NCBI GenBank assembly: GCA_021372585.1
Contig: JAJFUD010000059.1
Span: 2,035-66,034 of the forward strand
DNA length: 64,000 bases
Source of the DNA: a bacterium
GTDB lineage: Bacteria > Caldisericota > Caldisericia > UBA6126
Direction of reading: 5' to 3'
Both the position numbers and the translations under genes were made by a program. Under the pieces are notes generated by a model. The model did no database searches and had not been told where the DNA came from. It saw only the letters and a list, made by a program, of their open reading frames with translations. Shown piece by piece: positions 10,590-21,059 of the stretch (position 1 is its first letter; each line of letters opens with the position of its first letter).

Positions 10590-12299
10590 TTATTGATCCT
10601 CATTAAAAGCGATTGACTTCCAATAAAGTTTTTTCCAAACAAATCGATTCATTACAACAACGGTTACAACCATCACTAACGTCGCAGCTGTAAGTTGTTC
10701 AAAAGCGCCTTTTGATGCTGACAGGCTGATAAAGGAACCAATCCCATACAGATGATACACTTGCTCATTGAAAGAGATGGATTCTGAGACAATTGAGGCA
10801 TTCCAAGCACCACCGGTCGCGGTAATTAGACCGGTAACCAAACTGGGTAAGATAGCAGGTAGCAGTAATGTTTTAAATCGGAACCACCCTTTGAAGCCAA
10901 AAAGAGCAGACACTTCCTTTAAGTCTGTTGAGATGGATTGTGCTCCGGCGATCACATTAAACAGGATGTACCATTGAGTTCCCAGCATCATTAGAAATAG
11001 AGAAGCAAGGGTAAGCCCGAATCGAATCCGAAGTAAAACCATAAGTAAGACTGGAAATAGGGCAGTAGCCGGAACAGAAGCAAATATTTGCACCAAAGGC
11101 TGAAGTCGTTTTGAGATTTTCTTGTTCATGCCGATAGCAATCCCTACAGGTACCGTCCAAAGACAGGAAAGGATGACAGAGACACCTACCCGAAGAAAAG
11201 TGACCAGATCATGCAATATAATGCTCAACCAGTCTCTCCAGGATACATTGTATAGAATTTTGAATAAAGAGAATAACCCAATTGCAGCGAGTATGCTTAA
11301 TACGCTATATAACAATATTTTCAGGAGAAGTCCCGTCTGTTTTGATGGCAGCGGACGAATTTTTACGGGTTTCTTTTGTGTGGGAACAAAACGGTTGATA
11401 ATCCAATCGTTAAGCTTTTTCTGGTACCATAACAGAATCCGGGATCGTTGAATATAGACAAGCAGGAGGGATTCCTGAACGTCTGCTTCCTCTTCCTTCA
11501 GTTCTGTTTTAAAACGGTGAGACCAGGCAATGAGAGGTCGCCAGATTAATTGGTCAGTGATAACGATAATCAGGATAATCATCCCCAAACCAGCCAGAAG
11601 CGCAGGAATGTTGCCCTGGTTAGCAGCTAACATCAGGTAAGATCCGATCCCAGGCAGACGAAAATCTCTACCACTCAGAACAAACATCTCTGAAACCATT
11701 AAAAAGAACCAACCACCCGCTACCGACATCATGCTATTCCAGACCAATCCAATGATACAATGGGGAATTTCGATAAAATAGAAACAGAAAAACCGGTTGA
11801 ACTGAAATAACTCTCCGGCTTCCCTCAAATCTCTGGGAATTGATTTCATTGATCCGTAAACACTAAAAGCCATATTCCAAACCTGAGAAGTAAAGATTAG
11901 CAATATACAGGCGATCTCTAACCCAACCCTTTCAAAGGGGAAAATAGAGATCAGAGATAGTACAAACACCGGTAAAAATGAGATAAGCGGGATAGACTGC
12001 ATAATGTCCAACAATGGAACCAAGAGATTCTCAGCCACTTTATTGTGAGAAGCGAAATAACCGAACCCGATTGAAAAAGCCAAGGAGAGAATGAAAGCTA
12101 ATATTTGACGCAGCACTGATAACCAAGCATAATAAGGGATCATCCAAAATGATAAGGAGATAGTCGGTTGGTAAGTTGACTCCAGAGAAAAACCTTTTGC
12201 AGCGGAGAGCAGACCATATATTAAAGCGATTCCAATTAAAAATAAGAACATATCGACAGGCTCTATTCTTATTCTATTCGTAAAAACAACTGGTTTCAT
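10590..12299 (-). CDS. ABC transporter permease, tandem-fused double NitT/TauT-type permease
   Basis: 569 aa with two sets of about six TM segments and the permease EAA-like loop. Immediately upstream of the ATPase with 0-bp spacing. No substrate-binding protein gene is adjacent. Confidence 0.8.
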   Translation of the reverse strand: MKPVVFTNRIRIEPVDMFLFLIGIALIYGLLSAAKGFSLESTYQPTISLSFWMIPYYAWLSVLRQILAFILSLAFSIGFGYFASHNKVAENLLVPLLDIMQSIPLISFLPVFVLSLISIFPFERVGLEIACILLIFTSQVWNMAFSVYGSMKSIPRDLREAGELFQFNRFFCFYFIEIPHCIIGLVWNSMMSVAGGWFFLMVSEMFVLSGRDFRLPGIGSYLMLAANQGNIPALLAGLGMIILIIVITDQLIWRPLIAWSHRFKTELKEEEADVQESLLLVYIQRSRILLWYQKKLNDWIINRFVPTQKKPVKIRPLPSKQTGLLLKILLYSVLSILAAIGLFSLFKILYNVSWRDWLSIILHDLVTFLRVGVSVILSCLWTVPVGIAIGMNKKISKRLQPLVQIFASVPATALFPVLLMVLLRIRFGLTLASLFLMMLGTQWYILFNVIAGAQSISTDLKEVSALFGFKGWFRFKTLLLPAILPSLVTGLITATGGAWNASIVSESISFNEQVYHLYGIGSFISLSASKGAFEQLTAATLVMVVTVVVMNRFVWKKLYWKSIAFNEDQ

Positions 12300-12361
12300 G
12301 ATTTGACATTATAATACTTAGACATGAAATTAACGAATAAATTACAAAAGGGGGTCAAGAA

Positions 12362-13318
12362 ATGGGAAAAACGAAAGAGACTTTAATGGAATGGGATTAT
12401 TCCATTCCATTATACGGGAACCGTTTTATTTTTTTGGATATGTGCAAAGCTTTGGGCATTCCTGTTTTATTTATTGCTCTTATCTTTGGAATTTCTTACT
12501 GGCATCTGTATAAAAACGGTTCCGGTATTTCTTTTTATGGTTTTCAGTATGCACTGATACTGGTTTCTATCCTTGTTTTTTTTACGATGCTCTTGCTTTG
12601 GATTCTTTATCGAAACCGATTTGACACTCATTTTATTTTGGATAATTACGCTGCCAGGATGGCTTTAAATCCTGGTCACAGAAAAAGAGCCAGGTGGGTT
12701 AGCATTTTACTGATCATTCTGGGTGTCTTTGCTAAAAAACCCGGGGCAGTCGGTACTGGTCTGCTAACACAAAGCTCGGAAAGTGCAGAGATCCCATGGA
12801 CAGATGTATTTTCTGTTAAATACTGGGACAAACTGCATGCCATTTCTCTTCGCAACAGCTGGCGCCAAATTGGGGTGTTGTTTTGCCCGAAAGAGCATTA
12901 TGAAGAAATTCGTCGAATCGTTCAAGAACAAGTTGCCCCCTATGAATCTAAGCGAAACAATGAGATGAAAGCAATCAAGAAAGACCGGTGGTGGAGAGTT
13001 TTCATGATCTTACCGTCTCTGGTTTCTGTCTTTTTTTTAACAGCTATATATGAGTATGCCTGGGATAATAAAGTAATGCTATATATCATTGGATGCTGGC
13101 TTTTTCTAACCATTCTTGTTCCCGGATGGTTAAGAAGGTTATTCGCAATCATTGGCTGGATTGGATTAGGTATCATCTGGTTGGGTATGATTATACCTGA
13201 ACTTGCAGATGGTCTGTATTCCTATGATAAAATCAGAATCTCTTTTTTTTCTCTGGGTATCGTCCTCAGTGCTGTTACGCTCTATTTATGCTATCGAAAT
13301 TACAAGACGGTTCGTTAA
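12362..13318 (+). CDS. Hypothetical polytopic membrane protein
   Basis: RBS AAAGGGGG. Multiple hydrophobic segments. No family recognised. Confidence 0.55.
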   Translation: MGKTKETLMEWDYSIPLYGNRFIFLDMCKALGIPVLFIALIFGISYWHLYKNGSGISFYGFQYALILVSILVFFTMLLLWILYRNRFDTHFILDNYAARMALNPGHRKRARWVSILLIILGVFAKKPGAVGTGLLTQSSESAEIPWTDVFSVKYWDKLHAISLRNSWRQIGVLFCPKEHYEEIRRIVQEQVAPYESKRNNEMKAIKKDRWWRVFMILPSLVSVFFLTAIYEYAWDNKVMLYIIGCWLFLTILVPGWLRRLFAIIGWIGLGIIWLGMIIPELADGLYSYDKIRISFFSLGIVLSAVTLYLCYRNYKTVR

Positions 13319-13362
13319 GCGTATTAAGCAGTTTATGGTAAAATAAACGTTCGGAGGGGTAT

Positions 13363-16014
13363 GTGGAATTAAATTTGTTATTAGCATCAATTCTCTTTTT
13401 ATCATGTGTTCTCACATTAATCCTCTTCTACAAAACTTTTTTAATTAGAGAAAAATCAGGTGCTTTTTGTTTTGCATTATTAATGTTATCCCTGACTATA
13501 TGGATGTTTTTTCAGGGATTAGAACTCTTGTCTTTTTCTACTCCAACAAAAGTAACACTTTCTAAACTCTCCTATATGGGCATTGTATTTATTGGCCCTT
13601 TCTTTTTTTCCTTTGTTTATGGATATATAAATAAAATTCACTGGTCGGAAATAAGTTTTTTTAGATGGTTGCTTCTTATTCCATTTGCTGTACTAGGTTT
13701 GGTTTTTACGAATGAACAACACCACCTTATTTGGAGCCATATCGAAGAGTCAAAGCTTGTTCCTCGGTTAATTTATCATCATGGATTAGGATTGATTACG
13801 TTTGCTGTTTACTCATATATACTAGTCGGGATTAGCTTTTTTCTGCTTCTAATCTATGCTTATAATCAAAGGTCCCTCTTCCGGTATAGGATCATCTGGC
13901 TAATGCTAGCTGCATTGATCCCTTTGATCAGCAGTATGGCATATTTATTTAACTGGACATCAATTGACAATCTGGATTTCTCAGCGGTTGCTATTACGCT
14001 AAGTTCAATCATTTGCGCGATTACAGTTTATCAATATAATTTGTTTAGTATCCGTCCTGTTGCCAACCAAGTTCTGTTTGATCAGATGCCTGATGGCGTA
14101 ATTGCCCTTGACACTCAACATAGATTGATTTTTTCAAACCCTTCCATTAGCAAATGGTTTCATATTTCTGAAACAGACTCCGGCAAGGATATTTTTACTT
14201 TAATTCCTGCTATTCAAAAGGAACAGATCCAGCAGTATGATATACCGTTCGAGTTCAATGTAAGATATTCTGATTCCATCACGAAGAGTTTTGAAATGAC
14301 ATCCTATGCTTTAACCATAAAATCCAGATACAAAGGAAAAACAGGAACCTTAATTCGTATAGCAGACATTTCAAATCGAAAATGGCAAGAATCTCAGATT
14401 ATCCAAAAAGAAAACATACTCGCGAAGTTTCTGGAGTTAAGCCGTCACTATATTTCTTCTAATTCTCTTCAAAACACAATTTTATCCAGCTTGCAAGTTT
14501 TGGGTGAATTATTTCGGGTTGATCGAGTATATATTTATCAAAACAATACAGATCCGGAAACCAAAAGGGAATATTATTCCCAAAGATGGGAGTGGAATCA
14601 AAAAAGTATGCCTAATGAATTCAAGCATCAAGAGCTTCAAGTATTTGACAACACGATTTTTCCTCCTCATTGGAATTCATTCTTAAAAGATGGTAAGTAT
14701 GTCATTAGTCATTTAGAAGATTTTTCTGAGCAAATCAGGTCTATTGATAGTTCACGAAATGTTCAATCTATTCTCATACAACCCATCACAATCCTTCAAA
14801 AATTCTGGGGTTTTCTTGGATTCGATGATTGCATTTCTAAACGGATATGGACTTTAGACGAAATAAACTCTATTGGAATAGCAGCTTCGATGATAGGCGA
14901 ATTTATTGATCATTCCACTACCCAATTGGAACTTCAACACAGTCAAAAGCGTTTTGACCAGGTGACTGAACTCGCACATGAAGTTTTTTGGGAGGTTGAC
15001 GAGGAAGGCTATATCACTTATATCAGTCCCTACATCTATAATATTCTAGGATATGAACCGGAATTTCTGATCAATAAAATAAAATTTTTTGACTTGGTTA
15101 AATATGAAAAAAGTAATCATACAACGCTGAATGTAATTTCTGATCTTTTTGTCTCTCATTCTTCCCTGAGTGATTTTCAACTCTCTATTCAGGCAAACGA
15201 CCAATCTGTTTTACATTGCATCGTCAATGCCCTTCCGATTTTTGAAGATGGTAAATTTACCGGTTACCGTGGATCAGCATTTGATATTTCTGAGCTTAAA
15301 CGGTTAGAAAATATGAAAACGGAATTTATCAGCACTGTTTCCCATGAGCTTCGAACTCCTCTTACTGCCATTAAGGAAAGTATTCATATTGTATCAGACG
15401 GATTGCTTGGCGAAATCAATGCTTCCCAGAAAGAAACCCTTGAAATCGGGATGAGAAATATCACTAGATTAAGTCGGATTGTCAACAATGTATTGGACTT
15501 CCAAAAACAGAATACCGAGAAAATGATTTATTCTCCGCATGATATCGATCCTATACCCTTACTCTTGGAAGCTTTTGAAACCATGAAACTTCATGCAAAC
15601 GAGAAGAATCTCGAAATGAAGTGGAAAGTCAACGATAATCTTCCAAAGCTTTATGCTGATTCAGACCAAATTATGCAGGTATTAATCAATTTATTGCACA
15701 ATGCTATCAAATTTACCGATCAGGGATCGATTACGTTAGAAGCTTTTCCAGAAGAAGACAAATTACATATCATAGTCAGTGATACTGGGATTGGAATTAA
15801 ACAAACAGACATGAAAAAATTATTTCTTTCCTTCAGTCAAATCAATTCCACCAATCAGACTTCACCTGGTGGTAGCGGACTAGGATTAGCTATCAGCAAA
15901 CAAATCATTAATTGGCATGATGGTGAGATTTGGGCAGACTCTGAATTTAAGAAAGGAAGTCAGTTTCATATCCTGATTCCTTTTCAATCGAATCATAGCA
16001 AAGAAAAAAGGTAG
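13363..16014 (+). CDS. Sensor histidine kinase with N-terminal multi-pass (about 7 TM) membrane domain and PAS/GAF modules
   Basis: H-box SHELRTPL. HATPase N/G boxes (LHNAIKFT, DTGIGI, GGSGLGLAIS). About 230 aa of N-terminal TM helices. GTG start after GGAGGGG. Confidence 0.9.
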   Translation: MELNLLLASILFLSCVLTLILFYKTFLIREKSGAFCFALLMLSLTIWMFFQGLELLSFSTPTKVTLSKLSYMGIVFIGPFFFSFVYGYINKIHWSEISFFRWLLLIPFAVLGLVFTNEQHHLIWSHIEESKLVPRLIYHHGLGLITFAVYSYILVGISFFLLLIYAYNQRSLFRYRIIWLMLAALIPLISSMAYLFNWTSIDNLDFSAVAITLSSIICAITVYQYNLFSIRPVANQVLFDQMPDGVIALDTQHRLIFSNPSISKWFHISETDSGKDIFTLIPAIQKEQIQQYDIPFEFNVRYSDSITKSFEMTSYALTIKSRYKGKTGTLIRIADISNRKWQESQIIQKENILAKFLELSRHYISSNSLQNTILSSLQVLGELFRVDRVYIYQNNTDPETKREYYSQRWEWNQKSMPNEFKHQELQVFDNTIFPPHWNSFLKDGKYVISHLEDFSEQIRSIDSSRNVQSILIQPITILQKFWGFLGFDDCISKRIWTLDEINSIGIAASMIGEFIDHSTTQLELQHSQKRFDQVTELAHEVFWEVDEEGYITYISPYIYNILGYEPEFLINKIKFFDLVKYEKSNHTTLNVISDLFVSHSSLSDFQLSIQANDQSVLHCIVNALPIFEDGKFTGYRGSAFDISELKRLENMKTEFISTVSHELRTPLTAIKESIHIVSDGLLGEINASQKETLEIGMRNITRLSRIVNNVLDFQKQNTEKMIYSPHDIDPIPLLLEAFETMKLHANEKNLEMKWKVNDNLPKLYADSDQIMQVLINLLHNAIKFTDQGSITLEAFPEEDKLHIIVSDTGIGIKQTDMKKLFLSFSQINSTNQTSPGGSGLGLAISKQIINWHDGEIWADSEFKKGSQFHILIPFQSNHSKEKR

Positions 16015-16019
16015 ATCTA

Positions 16020-16712
16020 ATGATAATAGTTTCTTTTCCGTTGTTACCTTATAAACCTGCATTAGAACTTCAGGAGAGAGTACATGCACTCAGACAACAG
16101 AACAAATTGGAAGATATACTGCTGTTACTTGAACATCCTCCCACGATAACAATCGGCAAAAACGGAGATATTCAAAATGTGCTTTTTTCCAGGCAAATGC
16201 TTCAAAAACAAGGAGTAGAGATTTTTCAAATCGGAAGAGGAGGCGATGTGACCTATCATGGTCCAGGTCAGCTGGTTGGATATCCAATATTGGATATCCG
16301 CCAATACGCGAAAGGCATCAAAGAGTTTATTTTTAAAATCGAAGAAATCTTCCTGCATTTGCTTCATGATGACTATCAGATAGAAGCCAGGCATGACGAC
16401 CAATATACCGGTGTATGGGTGGGTAATCAGAAAGTAACAGCGATTGGTTTCCAAATCAGCCATTTTATCACAATGCATGGCTTTGCCTTGAATGTCAATA
16501 CTGATTTAAACCATTTTAAATGGATTAATCCATGCGGAATCACCGATAAAGGCGTTACTTCCCTTCGAGAACTTACCGGGAAAGAGCAAGCCAGAGAAAA
16601 AATTGAGCGATCCTTAATCAGAATCATTGAGTCACTATTTTGTCAAAATTGTCATATTCTCACACCTGACGAATTTGAGCAGTACTTACAGCAGAAGGAG
16701 GCGGATGAATGA
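16020..16712 (+). CDS. lipB: Octanoyltransferase LipB (lipoyl(octanoyl) transferase)
   Basis: BPL/LPL catalytic domain motifs (RGGDVTYHGPGQLVGYPILD). Directly upstream of and overlapping lipA. Confidence 0.85.
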   Translation: MIIVSFPLLPYKPALELQERVHALRQQNKLEDILLLLEHPPTITIGKNGDIQNVLFSRQMLQKQGVEIFQIGRGGDVTYHGPGQLVGYPILDIRQYAKGIKEFIFKIEEIFLHLLHDDYQIEARHDDQYTGVWVGNQKVTAIGFQISHFITMHGFALNVNTDLNHFKWINPCGITDKGVTSLRELTGKEQAREKIERSLIRIIESLFCQNCHILTPDEFEQYLQQKEADE

Positions 16713-17578
16713 ACCGAAAACCAGACTGGTTAAAAGTACCTAATTCAAGAAACCAAACACATGATCAAGTGTTTTCGCTTATTAGGCATTTGTCTCTTCA
16801 TACCGTTTGTGAAGAAGCAAACTGCCCCAACCGTGGAGAGTGCTTTAGCAGCGGAACAGCTACTTTTTTATTGATGGGAAATCGTTGCACCAGACAGTGC
16901 ACTTTCTGTAATGTGACCAAAGAAACACCAGAAAAGTTGGATCCGGATGAGCCAAAACGAATTGCCGAAGCCGTTGAGACCCTCAATTTACGATATGTTG
17001 TGCTGACTTCCGTTACCAGGGATGATCTACCGGATGGTGGGGCCGGCGTATTTGCAGAGAGTATCAGGGAAATTCATAAACGCAAGCCTGACTTGCCTGT
17101 TGAAGTTTTGATTCCCGATCTTCAAGGTAATTCAGAAGCATTAAAAGTAGTGCTTGATGCCAATCCAGCTGTATTAAACCACAATATTGAGACTGTTCCC
17201 TCTCTCTATTCCAGTGTACGTCCCATTGCAAATTATGAGCGTTCTTTACAGGTTCTGGAAAATGCAAAAAAAATACACCCTGCAATCTTCACAAAAAGTG
17301 GTATGATGCTTGGTTTGGGAGAAACAGAATTTGAAATATTATCTGTTCTGAAAGACCTGAGAACAGTGAATTGCGATTTGATGGTGATAGGCCAATACTT
17401 ACCACCCAGCCAACATCACAGACCATTAACCAGGTATGTTACACCAGTTGAGTTTGAGTATTATCAGCAAAAAGCAATAGAATTCGGTTTTAAGGAAGTC
17501 ATAGCATCACCACTTGCCAGAAGCTCATATAAAGCAGTAAAAATGCTTTTAAATTATAATCTCAAACAGGTTGAATGA
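16709..17578 (+). CDS. lipA: Lipoyl synthase LipA (radical SAM)
   Basis: CEEANCPNRGEC and CTRQCTFC cysteine motifs. 289 aa. Confidence 0.9.
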   Translation: MNRKPDWLKVPNSRNQTHDQVFSLIRHLSLHTVCEEANCPNRGECFSSGTATFLLMGNRCTRQCTFCNVTKETPEKLDPDEPKRIAEAVETLNLRYVVLTSVTRDDLPDGGAGVFAESIREIHKRKPDLPVEVLIPDLQGNSEALKVVLDANPAVLNHNIETVPSLYSSVRPIANYERSLQVLENAKKIHPAIFTKSGMMLGLGETEFEILSVLKDLRTVNCDLMVIGQYLPPSQHHRPLTRYVTPVEFEYYQQKAIEFGFKEVIASPLARSSYKAVKMLLNYNLKQVE

Positions 17579-17605
17579 TGAGTAGATATTCGATAGGGGG
17601 CAAGA

Positions 17606-18073
17606 ATGGAACCAAAAATTAAACATCTTGATTCTTTTATTATTGTCGGATTAGAATATTACGGAGAGAACAAACACAACGATATTGGTGAAATGTGGGA
17701 CAAATTCAATCAAATGGCTACCTCAATCCCGAATAAAGTATTTCCTATGGAAGCAGCTTTTGGAGTGTGTTATATCTTACCTAATGATAGAGAAGGAAGT
17801 TTTCACTACATTGCTTCCGTTGCTGTCACCTCTCTGGAGAAAATTCCTTCGAATATGGTTAGCAAAGTAATTCCAGCCAGTAATTATGCAGTTTTTACTC
17901 ATTATGGGAAGCTGGACACCTTAGGAGAAACTTACTGGAAAATATACCAGGAATGGCTTCCTGAAACAGGCCTAAAGATTCGTACCGACTTTGATTTTGA
18001 GTATTATGACAAACGTTTTGTTCAAAACTCAGACAGCTCTGAATTTGATATCTATATTGCTCTTCAGGATTAA
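17606..18073 (+). CDS. GyrI-like small-molecule-binding domain protein
   Basis: 155 aa. N-terminal KHLDSFIIVGLEY pattern typical of the AraC effector-binding/GyrI-like fold. Confidence 0.6.
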   Translation: MEPKIKHLDSFIIVGLEYYGENKHNDIGEMWDKFNQMATSIPNKVFPMEAAFGVCYILPNDREGSFHYIASVAVTSLEKIPSNMVSKVIPASNYAVFTHYGKLDTLGETYWKIYQEWLPETGLKIRTDFDFEYYDKRFVQNSDSSEFDIYIALQD

Positions 18074-18233
18074 TGTAAATATGTTCACTCTATTTTTTCT
18101 AATTTACACATGGTTGCACTTTTCTTTCATTACCTTTGCACAATAGGTTTATTTTAAGCAAAGTGTTGTATTGATGAGAACAAAATACTCGACTAACTTT
18201 CTAAATCATGATGATAAGGTGTCTTGTTAAACC

Positions 18234-19154
18234 ATGAAAACAAATTATTTGTTCACTGATTCGCCAAGTTATCCGGACATAAAAAACAAAAACCTCTCTT
18301 TTTCTGGAAAATCTTTTGACAAAGCCGGTTGGATTTATTTCATTAATGGGGATGAAGGGGGTTTGTTATCCAGAATTCGAGACGATAAACAAGGACAACA
18401 AATTATTAGTTCCCATTCTGTTCAAGAATTCAAACTGTATAAGGATTGGATTTATTATACTGGCTTTCATAAAAAGTTTTGCATGTTTAAAATGTTGCTT
18501 GATGGTTCAGAATCAAGAAAATTAAATGATATTTCCTGCCGATATCTGAATGTAAGCGCCAAAGGGATTTTTTTCTCAAATTTACAGGATAATGGAAAAC
18601 TTTATTTCATCGATTTTGCCAGAAACCAACCACAGCGGTTAAATAACGAGGAAAGTTGGATGGTGACCTATTATGAAGGCTGGATTTATTATATCAGCAA
18701 AACTGATAGCTTACACTTGAAAAGAATTTCTGAGGATGGCTCCAAGATAGAATTGCTTATTAGTGACGATTGCATCAGCTTTCGGATTCATGACGGTATT
18801 CTCTACTACTCGAACCACAATCACAATAACTCTCTGTTTTCCTATGTTATCAAAACTCACGAGACAAACTGGATTCACTCGGACAGCTGTTGGAATTATC
18901 TGATTCACCAGAACCATATTTTTTATATGAATGCAACCGATAACTGTAAACTCTATAGCATGAAAACGGATGGCACCGATCATAAACTCCTAGATAATTC
19001 GGTAGTTTGGTATCCCTTGCAAATGAACCAATGGCTATACTTTTCCAACTGGAGTGAGGGTAAAAGGTTATATAGAATTACATTTGATGGGAAAACAAAA
19101 GAAGCGATGAATCAACAAGCAAGTTTACGATTAGCTTCCATTTCCTCTGAATAA
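18234..19154 (+). CDS. DUF5050-like beta-propeller repeat protein
   Basis: Repeated W(I/L)YY..(N/S) blade motifs (WIYFIN, WIYYTG, WIYYIS, ILYYSN, HIFYMN, WLYFSN). Confidence 0.6.
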   Translation: MKTNYLFTDSPSYPDIKNKNLSFSGKSFDKAGWIYFINGDEGGLLSRIRDDKQGQQIISSHSVQEFKLYKDWIYYTGFHKKFCMFKMLLDGSESRKLNDISCRYLNVSAKGIFFSNLQDNGKLYFIDFARNQPQRLNNEESWMVTYYEGWIYYISKTDSLHLKRISEDGSKIELLISDDCISFRIHDGILYYSNHNHNNSLFSYVIKTHETNWIHSDSCWNYLIHQNHIFYMNATDNCKLYSMKTDGTDHKLLDNSVVWYPLQMNQWLYFSNWSEGKRLYRITFDGKTKEAMNQQASLRLASISSE

Positions 19155-19263
19155 ATTACTGGAACATTTTTCTGTTATACAGTATTACATAATAAAGTTA
19201 TATGAATTAATAACTGCCACCATTCGTAACAATCAAATTCCGGTGGAATAAAGGCTTTCTTGC

Positions 19264-19698
19264 TTATTCCGTAATCGTTACCTGTACTAGAACGGTTTTA
19301 TCGTTGACAGGATCTTTTTCCCATTGCCGTTTATATTTCATTATGGCTTCGGTAGTACCGGTTTTGATGGCTTTAAACGTCCACAAAAAAGTAGAGGGAG
19401 CCCCAACAACATTACTGTCTTGATTCGTAGCTTTTATTTCGGTTCCCTGAAAGATCACCAATTCGTTGTCGAAACCTTGTTCAAAATCCCAATTGAAACC
19501 GGTGGAAGGGTTGCCTTCAAGACTAATGGTAAACTTTTTTCCAACTTGGCAAGTGATTTTTTGAGAGCTTTGGGTGGCATCAATGACAGTCACTGCAGTA
19601 TCTCCTTTTAATTCTTCTTTTTCTGTTATCAGCTGCTGTCTGCAAGAGGTGAATCCGATACTTAATAATAAGACCAAAACTATCATTACACTTTTCAT
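19264..19698 (-). CDS. Peptidase inhibitor I42 (chagasin-like) family lipoprotein
   Basis: Start placed at MKSVMIV (RBS GGGAGGG). Signal peptide ending in C. Chagasin motifs NPSTGFNW and VGAPSTFLWTFKA...YKRQWE. Confidence 0.7.
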   Translation of the reverse strand: MKSVMIVLVLLLSIGFTSCRQQLITEKEELKGDTAVTVIDATQSSQKITCQVGKKFTISLEGNPSTGFNWDFEQGFDNELVIFQGTEIKATNQDSNVVGAPSTFLWTFKAIKTGTTEAIMKYKRQWEKDPVNDKTVLVQVTITE

Positions 19699-19838
19699 GA
19701 TGCCCTCCCGTATTTCATAGTAATGCTTGTATTGTGATACCAGTTTTTTTTCTGCAGTCAATGACTTATTTACATTATAATAGAAACGAGTTCGAATCAT
19801 TTAGCTATTTTGATCGGTATGAGGGATTGGGGTGAAGT

Positions 19839-21059
19839 ATGGATGAATGGGTTGTGTCCGGTAGAAAGAAATTAGAATGGGTACGGTCTCATATGCCTCT
19901 GCTTTCTCAGATCGAAGCCAGATGGAAACAAGAAAAACCATTTCACAACCTTACCATAGCCGTTTGCATTCATGTGGAAGCCAAAACAGGACGTTTATGC
20001 CAAGTTCTTCAATCCGGTGGCGCCAAAGTACTGCTTACAAGTTGCAATCCTCTCTCTACACAAGATGATGTGGTAGAAGCTTTATTGGAAGACGGCATTT
20101 CGGTATACGCGAAACATGGCTGTTCGGATGAGACCTATTTTTCCTATATACGAACGATGCTAAACCAGGAACCGAACCTGATCATTGATGACGGTGGAGA
20201 TGTCATACAGCTTTTGCATGATGAGTATCCAACCTTACTACGTTCCATTCGTGGTGCATCAGAAGAGACAACCACTGGTGTGATGCGTTTGAAATCAAGA
20301 CACCGGGAAGGAAAACTTCGCATTCCCGTCATCATGGTCAATGAAGCGCGCATGAAATATCTATTTGACAATCGTTATGGCACAGGACAATCGGTCTGGA
20401 CCTCCATCATGCATCTGACAAATTTAACAATCGCCGGAAAAACTGTTGTGGTGGCCGGTTATGGATGGTGCGGAAAAGGGGTGACCATGCGTGCAAAAGC
20501 CCTTGGCGCTGAGGTGATTGTCACAGAAATCGATCCGATTAAAGCGATAGAGGCGAAAATGGATGGATTTCGAGTGATGCCGATGAAGGAAGCAGTGAAA
20601 TATGGTGATTATTTTATTACCGTCACCGGATGTAATCAGATCATTACTACCCAACACTTTGAACAGTTAAAAGAGGGAGCGATTCTCTCCAATGCTGGTC
20701 ATTTCAGGGTTGAAGTCGATATGGAAGCCTTGGAGGCCTATGCTGTGGAATCCAGGAATGTTAAACCCGATATTACCGAGTTTACTCTTCCTTCGGGCAA
20801 ACATATTCATGTACTGGCGGATGGCAGACTAGTGAATTTAGCTGCCGGTAACGGTCATCCCGCTGAAATAATGGATACCTCTTTTGCTCTTCAGGGATTA
20901 TCAGCGGAATATCTGGCCCATCACACATTATCACCTGGTTTATATGAAGTACCACATGAAATCGACCAGCTAGTTGCCTGGGAAAAGTTAAAATCTTTTC
21001 AGACAGAGATTGATGTATTAACACCGGATCAAGAAAGTTATCTGAGTTCTTACGAGTAA
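19839..21059 (+). CDS. ahcY: Adenosylhomocysteinase (S-adenosyl-L-homocysteine hydrolase)
   Basis: NAD-binding GYGWCGKG with a following EIDPI motif, and overall collinearity with SAHH. 406 aa short form. Confidence 0.85.
   Translation: MDEWVVSGRKKLEWVRSHMPLLSQIEARWKQEKPFHNLTIAVCIHVEAKTGRLCQVLQSGGAKVLLTSCNPLSTQDDVVEALLEDGISVYAKHGCSDETYFSYIRTMLNQEPNLIIDDGGDVIQLLHDEYPTLLRSIRGASEETTTGVMRLKSRHREGKLRIPVIMVNEARMKYLFDNRYGTGQSVWTSIMHLTNLTIAGKTVVVAGYGWCGKGVTMRAKALGAEVIVTEIDPIKAIEAKMDGFRVMPMKEAVKYGDYFITVTGCNQIITTQHFEQLKEGAILSNAGHFRVEVDMEALEAYAVESRNVKPDITEFTLPSGKHIHVLADGRLVNLAAGNGHPAEIMDTSFALQGLSAEYLAHHTLSPGLYEVPHEIDQLVAWEKLKSFQTEIDVLTPDQESYLSSYE

Noticed and set aside
19775-19800. GAGTTCGAATCAT resembling a tRNA T-arm (GGTTCGAATCC)
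   Set aside because: No flanking acceptor or anticodon stems. Lacks the conserved GG and CC.
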